This document shows positions 56,590 to 64,000 of a stretch of DNA of 64,000 nucleotides, one piece after another (within the stretch, counting starts at the first letter, position 1; every line of letters starts with the position of its first letter). Source of the DNA: a virus (taxonomy: Duplodnaviria; Caudoviricetes). The notes beneath the pieces are model-generated. The model had not been told where the DNA came from, searched no databases, and worked only from the letters and a program-made list of their open reading frames with translations. Location of the stretch: the IMG/VR virus record IMGVR_UViG_3300011242_000002, positions 96,001-160,000 of that record; one strand, written 5' to 3'. Both the position numbers and the translations under genes were made by a program.

Positions 56590-56649
56590 TTAATCCAGTT
56601 TACGGAGCATGCGGAAATACCAGTATTTAAGTGCACGTGCTTTAGACAT
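56590..56649 (-). CDS. 19-aa cationic/aromatic micro-ORF MSKARALKYWYFRMLRKLD
   Basis: GGAGG 6 nt before ATG; its TAA forms part of the next gene's TAAGGA RBS. Confidence 0.55.
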   Translation of the reverse strand: MSKARALKYWYFRMLRKLD

Positions 56650-56688
56650 AAGATGCCTCCGGTAGGGTACGTTATTATGGTGTACGGT

Positions 56689-56722
56689 GGCATAAGGGCA
56701 GGGGGGTACCCTGCCGCTTACG
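56689..56722. repeat. Degenerate GGCATAA-hairpin element
   Basis: ggcataagggcaggg-gggta-ccctgccgcttacg. Confidence 0.6.
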
Positions 56723-56729
56723 TTACAAC

Positions 56730-57698
56730 TTACTTCAGCGCGGTGATGATCATCTTTTCCATTTGAACCAACACATTTTTCATGAAGTCGGCACATTTGG
56801 CATACAGCTCTTCACCACCTCCCAAGACCGCTTCCCAATGCAGGCAATGATAATAAAGTTTATCAACCTCATTAAGCTCGACAATCCCGAGATGGTCTAG
56901 ATCGGAATCACCAACGGCATCAAGATACGGCTCTTCAAAATCAATAAGCTCGTTATAGTACCAGTTAACGATACGCGCCATCTCATCCCCGATGGCAACG
57001 CACTGTTCCTTAGAGAGCTTAATATCAGCGGCGCCGTTGCCGGGTTTGATTTCCACACGAGTGTTTAAGCTATCCAATTTAGGTCTCAGGATAGCAAACT
57101 GCTCAGCCGCGTATTTCTTCAGCGCCTCGTCGTCGTCACCGAGTTTATTTAACTGATCCACCACTTTGTGGGTCTCGGTGATGTACGCTTTGATGTTTTT
57201 GGCGTAATCATTGATGGCGACGTCGTACAGCTTGAAAGCTGCAGCTGGGGTGGAGGACACCTCTTCCGCAGACTTAACGTCGCCGACAACTTTAGCCAGT
57301 TCAACGGTACTAACTGATTTGCCTGTCTCATCCTTGTCAGAATACCAGCTGCGGTTACCGTAGGTTTTCTTGATTGCGCTTTCCAGATCAACAGCCGCCT
57401 TTTTAAGCTCGGCCGGCAGTTTACCCTTGAAGCGTTTCTTTAATCCACTGATCCCGGTCTTCAGTTTATCAACAAGCTCGCGTAAGCCTTCGATACCTGA
57501 ACCCACCTTGAAATGATCCGGATAACGAGTGGAAAGACCGCTTTCGATTAACGCACCTGATACGGTATTTAGTGACTCCACCCCACAGCCGTTGGCGTGA
57601 ACTAAAAACCGTTCAATAAGATCAACGTCCGCCTGGAGTGATTCTACTCCGCCAGAGGCTGAGATGATGATTCCCAGTTTTTCTAACTCATGGTTCAT
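56730..57698 (-). CDS. Internal head protein paralog
   Basis: HANGCGVESL...RYP.HF..GSGIEGL; KTYGN.SW; start probably ATG 57698. Confidence 0.8.
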   Translation of the reverse strand: MNHELEKLGIIISASGGVESLQADVDLIERFLVHANGCGVESLNTVSGALIESGLSTRYPDHFKVGSGIEGLRELVDKLKTGISGLKKRFKGKLPAELKKAAVDLESAIKKTYGNRSWYSDKDETGKSVSTVELAKVVGDVKSAEEVSSTPAAAFKLYDVAINDYAKNIKAYITETHKVVDQLNKLGDDDEALKKYAAEQFAILRPKLDSLNTRVEIKPGNGAADIKLSKEQCVAIGDEMARIVNWYYNELIDFEEPYLDAVGDSDLDHLGIVELNEVDKLYYHCLHWEAVLGGGEELYAKCADFMKNVLVQMEKMIITALK

Positions 57699-57710
57699 TT
57701 CAACCACCTT

Positions 57711-58685
57711 TTACTTCAATGCGGTGATGATCATCTTTTCCATGGCGATCACGGTTGGGCGAATCAGCTTACCAGCCTCGGCCAGCAGCTGCTCGTTCGT
57801 CCCGAGCACGGCTTCCCAGCACAGGTAGTTCCAGAACAGGGTCGCGAACGCCTTGTTCTCTTCTGCGCCTTCGATGCTGTTCAGCGTGGACTGACCCATT
57901 GCTGCGTCAAGGGCTGGATCGGCTTTCAGCATCTGGTTTTTGATCCAGTTCGGAATACGGGCCATCTCTTTACCGATCGCCACACACTGGTCTTTAGTCA
58001 GTTTAGCATCGGCGACACCCTGACCGGCACTAATGTCAACCGGCACGTACTTCAGCTTCTCGTGCAGCGGCTTAAAGATTTCAATCTGTTCGTTAGCAAA
58101 CTTGGTCAGCGCTTCGCTATCACCGGCCAGCGCTTTCGCCTTCTTCACGACCTCGTGCGTTTTCGGGATGTACGCGTTGACTTCTTTCAGGTTGCTGTTC
58201 AGCGCGGCATCGTATTTCTTGAACGCGGCGGATACGGCAGAAACCACGTCGCTACCGGACTTGATGTCACCCACGATCTTGGCCAGCTCAGCGGTGCTAA
58301 CCGGCTTATCGGTTTCGTCCTTGTCGGCGAACCAGCCTGGGTTGCCGTAGGTTTTCTTGATGGCGTTTTCGAGGTCGCCCGTTGCTTTAACGAGCTCCGC
58401 AGGCAGCTTGCCCTTAAAGCGCTTCTTAAGACCGTCGAGGCCTTTCTTCAGCACCCCTACCAGCTCCTGCAAACCTTCCAGGCCGCTGCCGGCTTTGAAG
58501 TGGGTTGGATAGCGGGCTTCCAGACCAAGCTCAATCAGCTGACCGGACGGAGTATCTAAAGACTCCAGACCACAACCGTTGGCATGGGTCAGGAACTGCT
58601 CGATGAGTGAAATGTCAGTCTGGAGCGATTCCATGCTGGCGCTAACGGTGCTGACAAGTTCAAACTGGGATAATTCGTGTTGCAT
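57711..58685 (-). CDS. Internal head protein paralog
   Basis: HANGCGLESL...ARYP.HF..GSGLEGL; shares MEKMIITALK C-terminus with neighbour. Confidence 0.8.
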   Translation of the reverse strand: MQHELSQFELVSTVSASMESLQTDISLIEQFLTHANGCGLESLDTPSGQLIELGLEARYPTHFKAGSGLEGLQELVGVLKKGLDGLKKRFKGKLPAELVKATGDLENAIKKTYGNPGWFADKDETDKPVSTAELAKIVGDIKSGSDVVSAVSAAFKKYDAALNSNLKEVNAYIPKTHEVVKKAKALAGDSEALTKFANEQIEIFKPLHEKLKYVPVDISAGQGVADAKLTKDQCVAIGKEMARIPNWIKNQMLKADPALDAAMGQSTLNSIEGAEENKAFATLFWNYLCWEAVLGTNEQLLAEAGKLIRPTVIAMEKMIITALK

Positions 58686-58696
58686 GATGACCTCTA

Positions 58697-59716
58697 TTAA
58701 TAAGCTTTGGTGGTAACCGTGGTGCTGCTACGTACGTAGTCGTCACCACTAAAAGTTGTTTCCAGGTAATCCACACCACCTGGAATAACGATGCGCGCAC
58801 CCACGTAACCATTGGCACGGGCGACAGTGCGAACGAACTCACGCATGGACTGCAAGTTTTCGGCGGTGCGGTATTCGGGTAGCAGATAGAGTTCTTCGAC
58901 CACCATAACCTTCATGCGGCCGTCAATGCTGTCCTGGAACGACATCACACCTACAATCCCGCGCATGCACTGACCCAGCATAATGTTGCGGTCCATCACG
59001 GCACCCCGGGCCTTAATCACCCCGGGGATGTTCAGCGTTTTCCTGTCTGCTTCCAAACGCTCCATGTCCGCATACTGCAGCAGGGTGATAGCCGCACGGG
59101 TTAGCTGACGGGATTTGGCAAGTCCTTTAGGCGAGTGGGCTGACCACTGCAGCGTTGACGCCACGGTGTTAGCAAACTCAAACACCGCACCCCAGTCGAC
59201 CACGCCGAGCTTATCGTTCTCGGCATTGGTTTTCGCGATGATCTCCGCCATCCCTTCTAACCCACCGGCCAGATGCTCCAGCGATGCCAGGCTATTATCT
59301 TTAAGACGGTCCGGGTAGAGCTCGTTCAGATCGGCAACCAGCTCCAGGTGACCCGGGTGATCATTCAGGGCTTCATTCCCTTCACTCATCAGCTGCACGT
59401 GAGTGCGGATAGCTTGGGCACGTTCACGCGACTCAACCTCAAGGTCAAGCATCTGCGCGTGCTGCAGCTCGGCACCGGTCATCGGCGCTGCAATATCTTT
59501 ATCCATCGCCTTCAGTAAACTGCCCAGGCCTTCGATGCCAGCGTCAAGGGTAAAGAGGTCGGGGTACTTCTCAGCCATCTCGGCAGCGATCTCAACGGCA
59601 GGGGTGGTGCTTAATGTTTCCAAGCCACACCCCTGGGCATCGGTCATGAACTGACGCAGCTTTTCAGCATCGTCAATCATCTGCTGGCTTTTAACGTAGG
59701 GTGACATTCCGGTCAT
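58697..59716 (-). CDS. Double-propeptide protein with C-terminal GNAT-like domain
   Basis: Two modules (QGCGLETL..KYP..AGIEGL; EGNEAL..LYP..GGLEGM) followed by IVGVM...VEELYLLPEYR...ARANG. Confidence 0.65.
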   Translation of the reverse strand: MTGMSPYVKSQQMIDDAEKLRQFMTDAQGCGLETLSTTPAVEIAAEMAEKYPDLFTLDAGIEGLGSLLKAMDKDIAAPMTGAELQHAQMLDLEVESRERAQAIRTHVQLMSEGNEALNDHPGHLELVADLNELYPDRLKDNSLASLEHLAGGLEGMAEIIAKTNAENDKLGVVDWGAVFEFANTVASTLQWSAHSPKGLAKSRQLTRAAITLLQYADMERLEADRKTLNIPGVIKARGAVMDRNIMLGQCMRGIVGVMSFQDSIDGRMKVMVVEELYLLPEYRTAENLQSMREFVRTVARANGYVGARIVIPGGVDYLETTFSGDDYVRSSTTVTTKAY

Positions 59717-59725
59717 GGCGCGACC

Positions 59726-60697
59726 TCATTTAACGGAGTTAACGATAAGCTTCTCAAGCTCTTTGACCGCCTGCACGCAGTAGTCGGCTGCGCGTTTAGC
59801 GCTGCGATCAACCGGCATGTAGTAGTCTTCCCAGAACGTGCGAATCCAAACCTCTCTTTGCAGGTCTTTGTTCTCGATATCGTCGTAGGCACCTGCATCA
59901 GAGATGCCGCAGTCCTCGATCACGTCTGACGCATTATTGGCCAGGTGTACGCAACGGGCCATCACTTCTTTAAGCAACTTGCCGATAGCCTGTGCCTGCT
60001 CCACGGTCAACCCGTCGATGGTTTCGCCTTTGCCGCCGCCAAGCTTAGGCAGCTCTTCATCGAAGGCCTGACTGGCGCGTTTTGGTAGCGCGGTAACAAT
60101 GTCGCTGATCAGTTTATCAACGCCATCCTCTTTTACCTTTAATGCACGCTTATAGAACGGTTCGGCTTTACCCCAATAAGCGTTAACGTTGCTGATGATC
60201 TTTTTCATGTGATCATCCACAGTTTTCAACAACGCTTTTACCTGACGATCCACATCGGCGTAGCTGTTGATGTCACCGACCAGATTGGCCAGTGAGGCCA
60301 CGGAAACCGGTTTGCCAATAGCGGACTTGTCTTTATACCAGTTGCTGTTGGCATAGGTGTTGTTAATTTCGGTGGCGGTTTCATGGGCAATTTTGTCAAT
60401 GAACGGTTTGGCTTTCCCGCGCGCCATTTTCTTCAGGCCCTGGATCCCCTGCTTGAGCTTGTCAGCCAATGCGCCCAACCCTTCCAGACCGTCACCGACG
60501 TTGAAATAGCCAGGATAGCGGGCAGCCAGGCCGGTCTCGATCAGCTTGCCGGTGGCGGTGTCAAGCGACTCCAACCCGCAGCCGTTGGCATGGGCGATAA
60601 ACTGGGTCAACAGCTCAACGTCTTTTTCAAGGCCTTCAAGGGCGTGACCGAGGAACATGTTGTCAACAGCGGTGGTGTTAATTAAAGACATAATCAA
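59726..60697 (-). CDS. Internal head protein paralog
   Basis: HANGCGLESL...ARYP.YF..GDGLEGL; NTYAN.NW. Confidence 0.8.
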   Translation of the reverse strand: MIMSLINTTAVDNMFLGHALEGLEKDVELLTQFIAHANGCGLESLDTATGKLIETGLAARYPGYFNVGDGLEGLGALADKLKQGIQGLKKMARGKAKPFIDKIAHETATEINNTYANSNWYKDKSAIGKPVSVASLANLVGDINSYADVDRQVKALLKTVDDHMKKIISNVNAYWGKAEPFYKRALKVKEDGVDKLISDIVTALPKRASQAFDEELPKLGGGKGETIDGLTVEQAQAIGKLLKEVMARCVHLANNASDVIEDCGISDAGAYDDIENKDLQREVWIRTFWEDYYMPVDRSAKRAADYCVQAVKELEKLIVNSVK

Positions 60698-60700
60698 TCC

Positions 60701-61999
60701 TTAGGATGAGTAGTGTTTCATGGATAAAGCACGCAGGATAATGTACAGGAACAATCCAACGCGAACGGTCGCCACGGTGGCGGGGGTGCGAATGCCGGTG
60801 GCAATGCTGACCATATCATCGCCGATCTCACGCATGCGCAGCAGGCTTTCGTTGCTGGTGCGGCTTGAACGATAGGCGCCCTTCATTTTCGACACCACGT
60901 CCGGGACGTCGTTGAGTTTCAGGTTCTTTGACGACACGTATTCGAACAGGTGCTGAATGGTTTCCTTGAGCAGGCTGTCGATCATCCCCGACTTATCGTA
61001 GCGGTAGTTCGATGAGATATAACGCAGGGTGGCTTCCAAGGGTGCCGGCGGGATAGTGGGGTTGGATTTGGTGATAATCACCGCCAGTTCCGGACGATAC
61101 CAGTCTGACTCCACCCCGACGATGTTCTGTACGTAGCGCAGGTACACCGACACGATACGCTCCACGTCGCGGATGTGCTTCACGCCGTCAAGCTCTACCG
61201 AGGACGAGCCTTCGGTAATCATCGCCTCTTTCAGCTTCACCTGGTGAAAAACGTTGTTGATCGAGTTGATGACATCACGCAGGCGGTCCTGGACGTCACC
61301 CACCATATACACCACCGCTTTATCATCGGTCATGCGCACGTAGGTCTCGTAGTGGATCCCGCTGCCCTGTGTAATTATTGACTTTGCTCTGGCATCTATG
61401 AGGGCCTGCCAGCTACCGTATTGCTTCAGGTCAAATTTCTTTGACAGCTGACGGTAGGTTTCCATCGCCACCGACTTGTTGGCCGGGTACGGATAGTCGT
61501 GGCTGAGGATCGAAGACAGGTTCTTGTAGTGGAAGATCCTGACCACGTCCATCTTGCCCTGCTCAATCTCCGCGCTGTTAAGGTGTTTGGAGTGGTGCAG
61601 CAGGTGCAGCAGCACCGGCATGGACAGGTTAAACAAATCACCGGTAACGTGGAATTTCGGGTTCACGAAGGCGGTGTTGTGCACATCGTTGGTCAGATCA
61701 ACCTCGTCGGTGTCCAGGATGGTATCAAACCACTCGTTACGGTCAGCAATGGTGAACTTGATCGGATAAACGCCAATCAGGTTGCCGCCAAAGAAGCTGA
61801 TGTGATCCTGGTTCTTGTTGCGAAAGCGACTGGCGTACATCCCCAGCGCACGCACCAGGTTACGGTCGGCCACCAGGTGTGGGCAGTTCTTTAAGAACGC
61901 CTCTTTGATGGTCATGCCGTTACCGGGTTTAAAAGGTAGGGCTTCGAGTCCGGCTGACAGGTACTGTGCCTCGTCAGTGAACATAGTGTGATCAAACAT
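60701..61999 (-). CDS. Conserved virion structural protein (phiKZ gp32-like) with N-terminal AGLE site
   Basis: KNQDHISFFGGNLIGV, LSKKFDLKQYGSW motifs typical of phiKZ-like phages. Confidence 0.75.
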   Translation of the reverse strand: MFDHTMFTDEAQYLSAGLEALPFKPGNGMTIKEAFLKNCPHLVADRNLVRALGMYASRFRNKNQDHISFFGGNLIGVYPIKFTIADRNEWFDTILDTDEVDLTNDVHNTAFVNPKFHVTGDLFNLSMPVLLHLLHHSKHLNSAEIEQGKMDVVRIFHYKNLSSILSHDYPYPANKSVAMETYRQLSKKFDLKQYGSWQALIDARAKSIITQGSGIHYETYVRMTDDKAVVYMVGDVQDRLRDVINSINNVFHQVKLKEAMITEGSSSVELDGVKHIRDVERIVSVYLRYVQNIVGVESDWYRPELAVIITKSNPTIPPAPLEATLRYISSNYRYDKSGMIDSLLKETIQHLFEYVSSKNLKLNDVPDVVSKMKGAYRSSRTSNESLLRMREIGDDMVSIATGIRTPATVATVRVGLFLYIILRALSMKHYSS

Positions 62000-62032
62000 A
62001 GCGGGCCTCTAGTAATGAAAGGGATCTCGGAC

Positions 62033-62049
62033 CTATATCATCAATGTGA
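62033..62049 (+). promoter_or_regulatory. Putative early promoter variant CTATATCATCAATGTGA
   Basis: One mismatch in core; keeps A-N-GTG spacing; divergent gap. Confidence 0.65.
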
Positions 62050-62097
62050 ATTAATTCCTCTATTTAACCATCAACCTTAACCTGTAAGGAAAATTAC

Positions 62098-62967
62098 ATG
62101 CAACTTATCGCCATGGGTCAATTTGAAAAGATGATCCGCTACGACGCGCAGCTGCGCAACTTCGGTAACTTTTCGGTCTACACTCACCCTACCGCACACG
62201 ACGACTCGCTGGCCGTGGTCTACATTGATGTCCGGTCAGATCGGGCCACGCTGCTGAACGTCACGCGCTTAAACGTAAATCCGCTGGCCTGGGAATTGCA
62301 GGTGCTGGACAGCCTGCTGCGGATCTATCAGGAGCGCACCGGTAAGAGCTTCCATAACGGGCTTCTCGCCATCACTGCACGTTCGGAACGTTACACCGCG
62401 GAATTCACCAAGGAGTTGAGCGCAACGCCGCTGAAGGCGTTAGAGCGCGTTCTAGAGGACCCTATGGGCTGCGACCACGAATACCACAGCTACACGGCAC
62501 CGCAGGCAATGCGGATGGCTACCGACCTCAGCTTGAGCGAGACCGCAGCGTGGATTCAGAAAAACAACGGCACGGTGCGCAGCTACATTAGCTTTGAAAA
62601 CGACGGCCAGCAGTTTACCGTCCTCGGGCGACAGTTTCGTGAGGAGTCCTTCCTGATGTTAACCTCGTATAACCCCGTGAAGCAGATGGCCTATTTTGAC
62701 GGTATGGTCAGTGGGGCGTCGGTTCATCAGCGGGTGGCGCTAAACCCAGCCAGCTTCCAGGGTGATCGGCTGTTTGTCGAACACATGGAGGGTAAGAACA
62801 TCGTGGGTGAATATGGCACTATGTGGCGCATTCGTCACCTCGGGTACAACGAGGATGAAGACGGGGATGGTTTCCTGCGGGGTCCACACGTGTCTGGTTT
62901 TGGCAGTCAACTGATTCCCAGCCAGCACGAGCATGACTTCGTCGAAAACCGGATCATCATTCTTTAA
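62098..62967 (+). CDS. Hypothetical early protein
   Basis: TAAGGA RBS, 289 aa. Confidence 0.8.
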   Translation: MQLIAMGQFEKMIRYDAQLRNFGNFSVYTHPTAHDDSLAVVYIDVRSDRATLLNVTRLNVNPLAWELQVLDSLLRIYQERTGKSFHNGLLAITARSERYTAEFTKELSATPLKALERVLEDPMGCDHEYHSYTAPQAMRMATDLSLSETAAWIQKNNGTVRSYISFENDGQQFTVLGRQFREESFLMLTSYNPVKQMAYFDGMVSGASVHQRVALNPASFQGDRLFVEHMEGKNIVGEYGTMWRIRHLGYNEDEDGDGFLRGPHVSGFGSQLIPSQHEHDFVENRIIIL

Positions 62968-62984
62968 TAACAACAGGAGCAGGT

Positions 62985-63584
62985 ATGTTTAGATGGTGGA
63001 GCGCGTTATTGACCCGATTACGGGGCGGGTCACCGACCAAGCAAAAGGTGGTCTTTAACGAGCGCGAGCGCATCGACCCGGTGATTCAACTCGTTGACGA
63101 ATCGTTTATCGTGGGCGAAGTGCGCGTAGTTGACCAGATCGTGCAGCGTCGCACACAGCATGCTTGGGAACCCGTGTGTTATCTGCCAAAACAAGAGGAG
63201 GTCAAGCGGACAGAAGATCTTCCTGCGTTGGCACCCTTTGGTTGGCGCTATGTGGTCGACGGCGTCGACTGGACGTTTGATGGGATGGTGTGGGTTACTA
63301 ACCGAGTATGGTACGATAAGCCCACCATGTTTACGAGACCCTTCTCTGTTACGCCGGTACCCGGTCGTGCTCACGTCAGGTCTACGCCGGTCACCACCAA
63401 CCCACAACCGACGGATAACGGTATCATGACGACGGCAATGATTGCCAGCATGGCAAGTGATGATTCCTCACCCACTCGGAACCACAGCTCATCGCACCAT
63501 GGCTCCGATGACAGCTGTCGGAACCACGACAGTAATGATTCCGGTTACAGCTCGTCTGATTTCGGTTCTTCATTCTGTGACTAA
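62985..63584 (+). CDS. Hypothetical protein with Ser/Asp/His low-complexity C-terminus
   Basis: AGGAG RBS; ...HHGSDDSCRNHDSNDSGYSSSDFGSSFCD. Confidence 0.75.
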   Translation: MFRWWSALLTRLRGGSPTKQKVVFNERERIDPVIQLVDESFIVGEVRVVDQIVQRRTQHAWEPVCYLPKQEEVKRTEDLPALAPFGWRYVVDGVDWTFDGMVWVTNRVWYDKPTMFTRPFSVTPVPGRAHVRSTPVTTNPQPTDNGIMTTAMIASMASDDSSPTRNHSSSHHGSDDSCRNHDSNDSGYSSSDFGSSFCD

Positions 63585-63643
63585 CAAATCCTGTGACGTC
63601 AGTTTTGTCCCCTAACCGAATCAACCTGCAAGGAATTTACATC

Positions 63644-63919
63644 ATGACAACCTCACCACGCCAAGACCGTTTCACCAAAGGCCTGCATGCCTCCAAAGTT
63701 TACAGCTTCTTACAGAAAGGCGGTAAAGCCAAACTGGGGAAAGCCGTAAATGACCATCACATCGAATTTGGTGGTGATCTGGAGCAAGCACCCGGTGAGT
63801 ACGTGGTCGCTGTCCCGCGTGAAGGCGTTTGTCAAGCGTATTGGTACGCCACCGCCCTGGATCTGCTGCAAGAGCAGGGTACATTGAAAATTGATGGGAC
63901 GACTGTCTCACTCGCTTAA
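63644..63919 (+). CDS. Hypothetical protein
   Basis: Start reassigned to ATG 63644 (AAGGA RBS). Confidence 0.75.
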   Translation: MTTSPRQDRFTKGLHASKVYSFLQKGGKAKLGKAVNDHHIEFGGDLEQAPGEYVVAVPREGVCQAYWYATALDLLQEQGTLKIDGTTVSLA

Positions 63920-63930
63920 CGGGTATATAC

Positions 63931-64000
63931 ATGTCTGATATTCTCACCATTACGGAACTGCACCAGATCAACTCTCCCAGCGATATTATCAACGGGCCTG
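63931..64000 (+). CDS. Hypothetical protein, truncated by window end
   Basis: ATG 63931, open to end (MSDILTITELHQ...). Confidence 0.5.
   Translation, partial: MSDILTITELHQINSPSDIINGP

Noticed and set aside
3570-56722. Hairpin repeats as a CRISPR array or MITE
   Set aside because: Dispersed rather than regularly spaced; inner sequences differ; no cas or transposase gene and no target-site duplication seen

Overview
A 64 kb segment of a phiKZ-like jumbo myovirus (nucleus-forming, Chimalliviridae type). The core genes are in phiKZ/SPN3US-like order: partial SF2 helicase, RNase H, UvsX/RecA, three virion RNA polymerase subunits (one with the DFDGD catalytic motif), a 2225-aa tape-measure/lysin with a GH19-type domain, endolysin, prohead protease, tail tube, tail sheath, baseplate proteins and large terminase. 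All homolog assignments come from motif recognition and synteny, not database searches. Accessory features: (i) an island at 1.1-7.25 kb of about 12 small predicted membrane proteins behind three copies of an early-promoter motif (CTATATYA-NNNA-NGTGW), five of them missed by the ORF track; (ii) a SLOG gene followed by a Macro-NADAR-SLOG triple fusion (ADP-ribose reversal); (iii) an island at 40.6-44.5 kb with a candidate ~200-nt structured RNA; (iv) a tandem array at 55.6-60.7 kb sharing a G-x-E-rich propeptide module, which is doubled and fused to a GNAT-like domain in one member and appears to recur inside the virion RNAP beta subunit; (v) a dispersed family of GCATAA-hairpin-TTATGCC elements. 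I saw no tRNA, rRNA, CRISPR array, intron or IS element.
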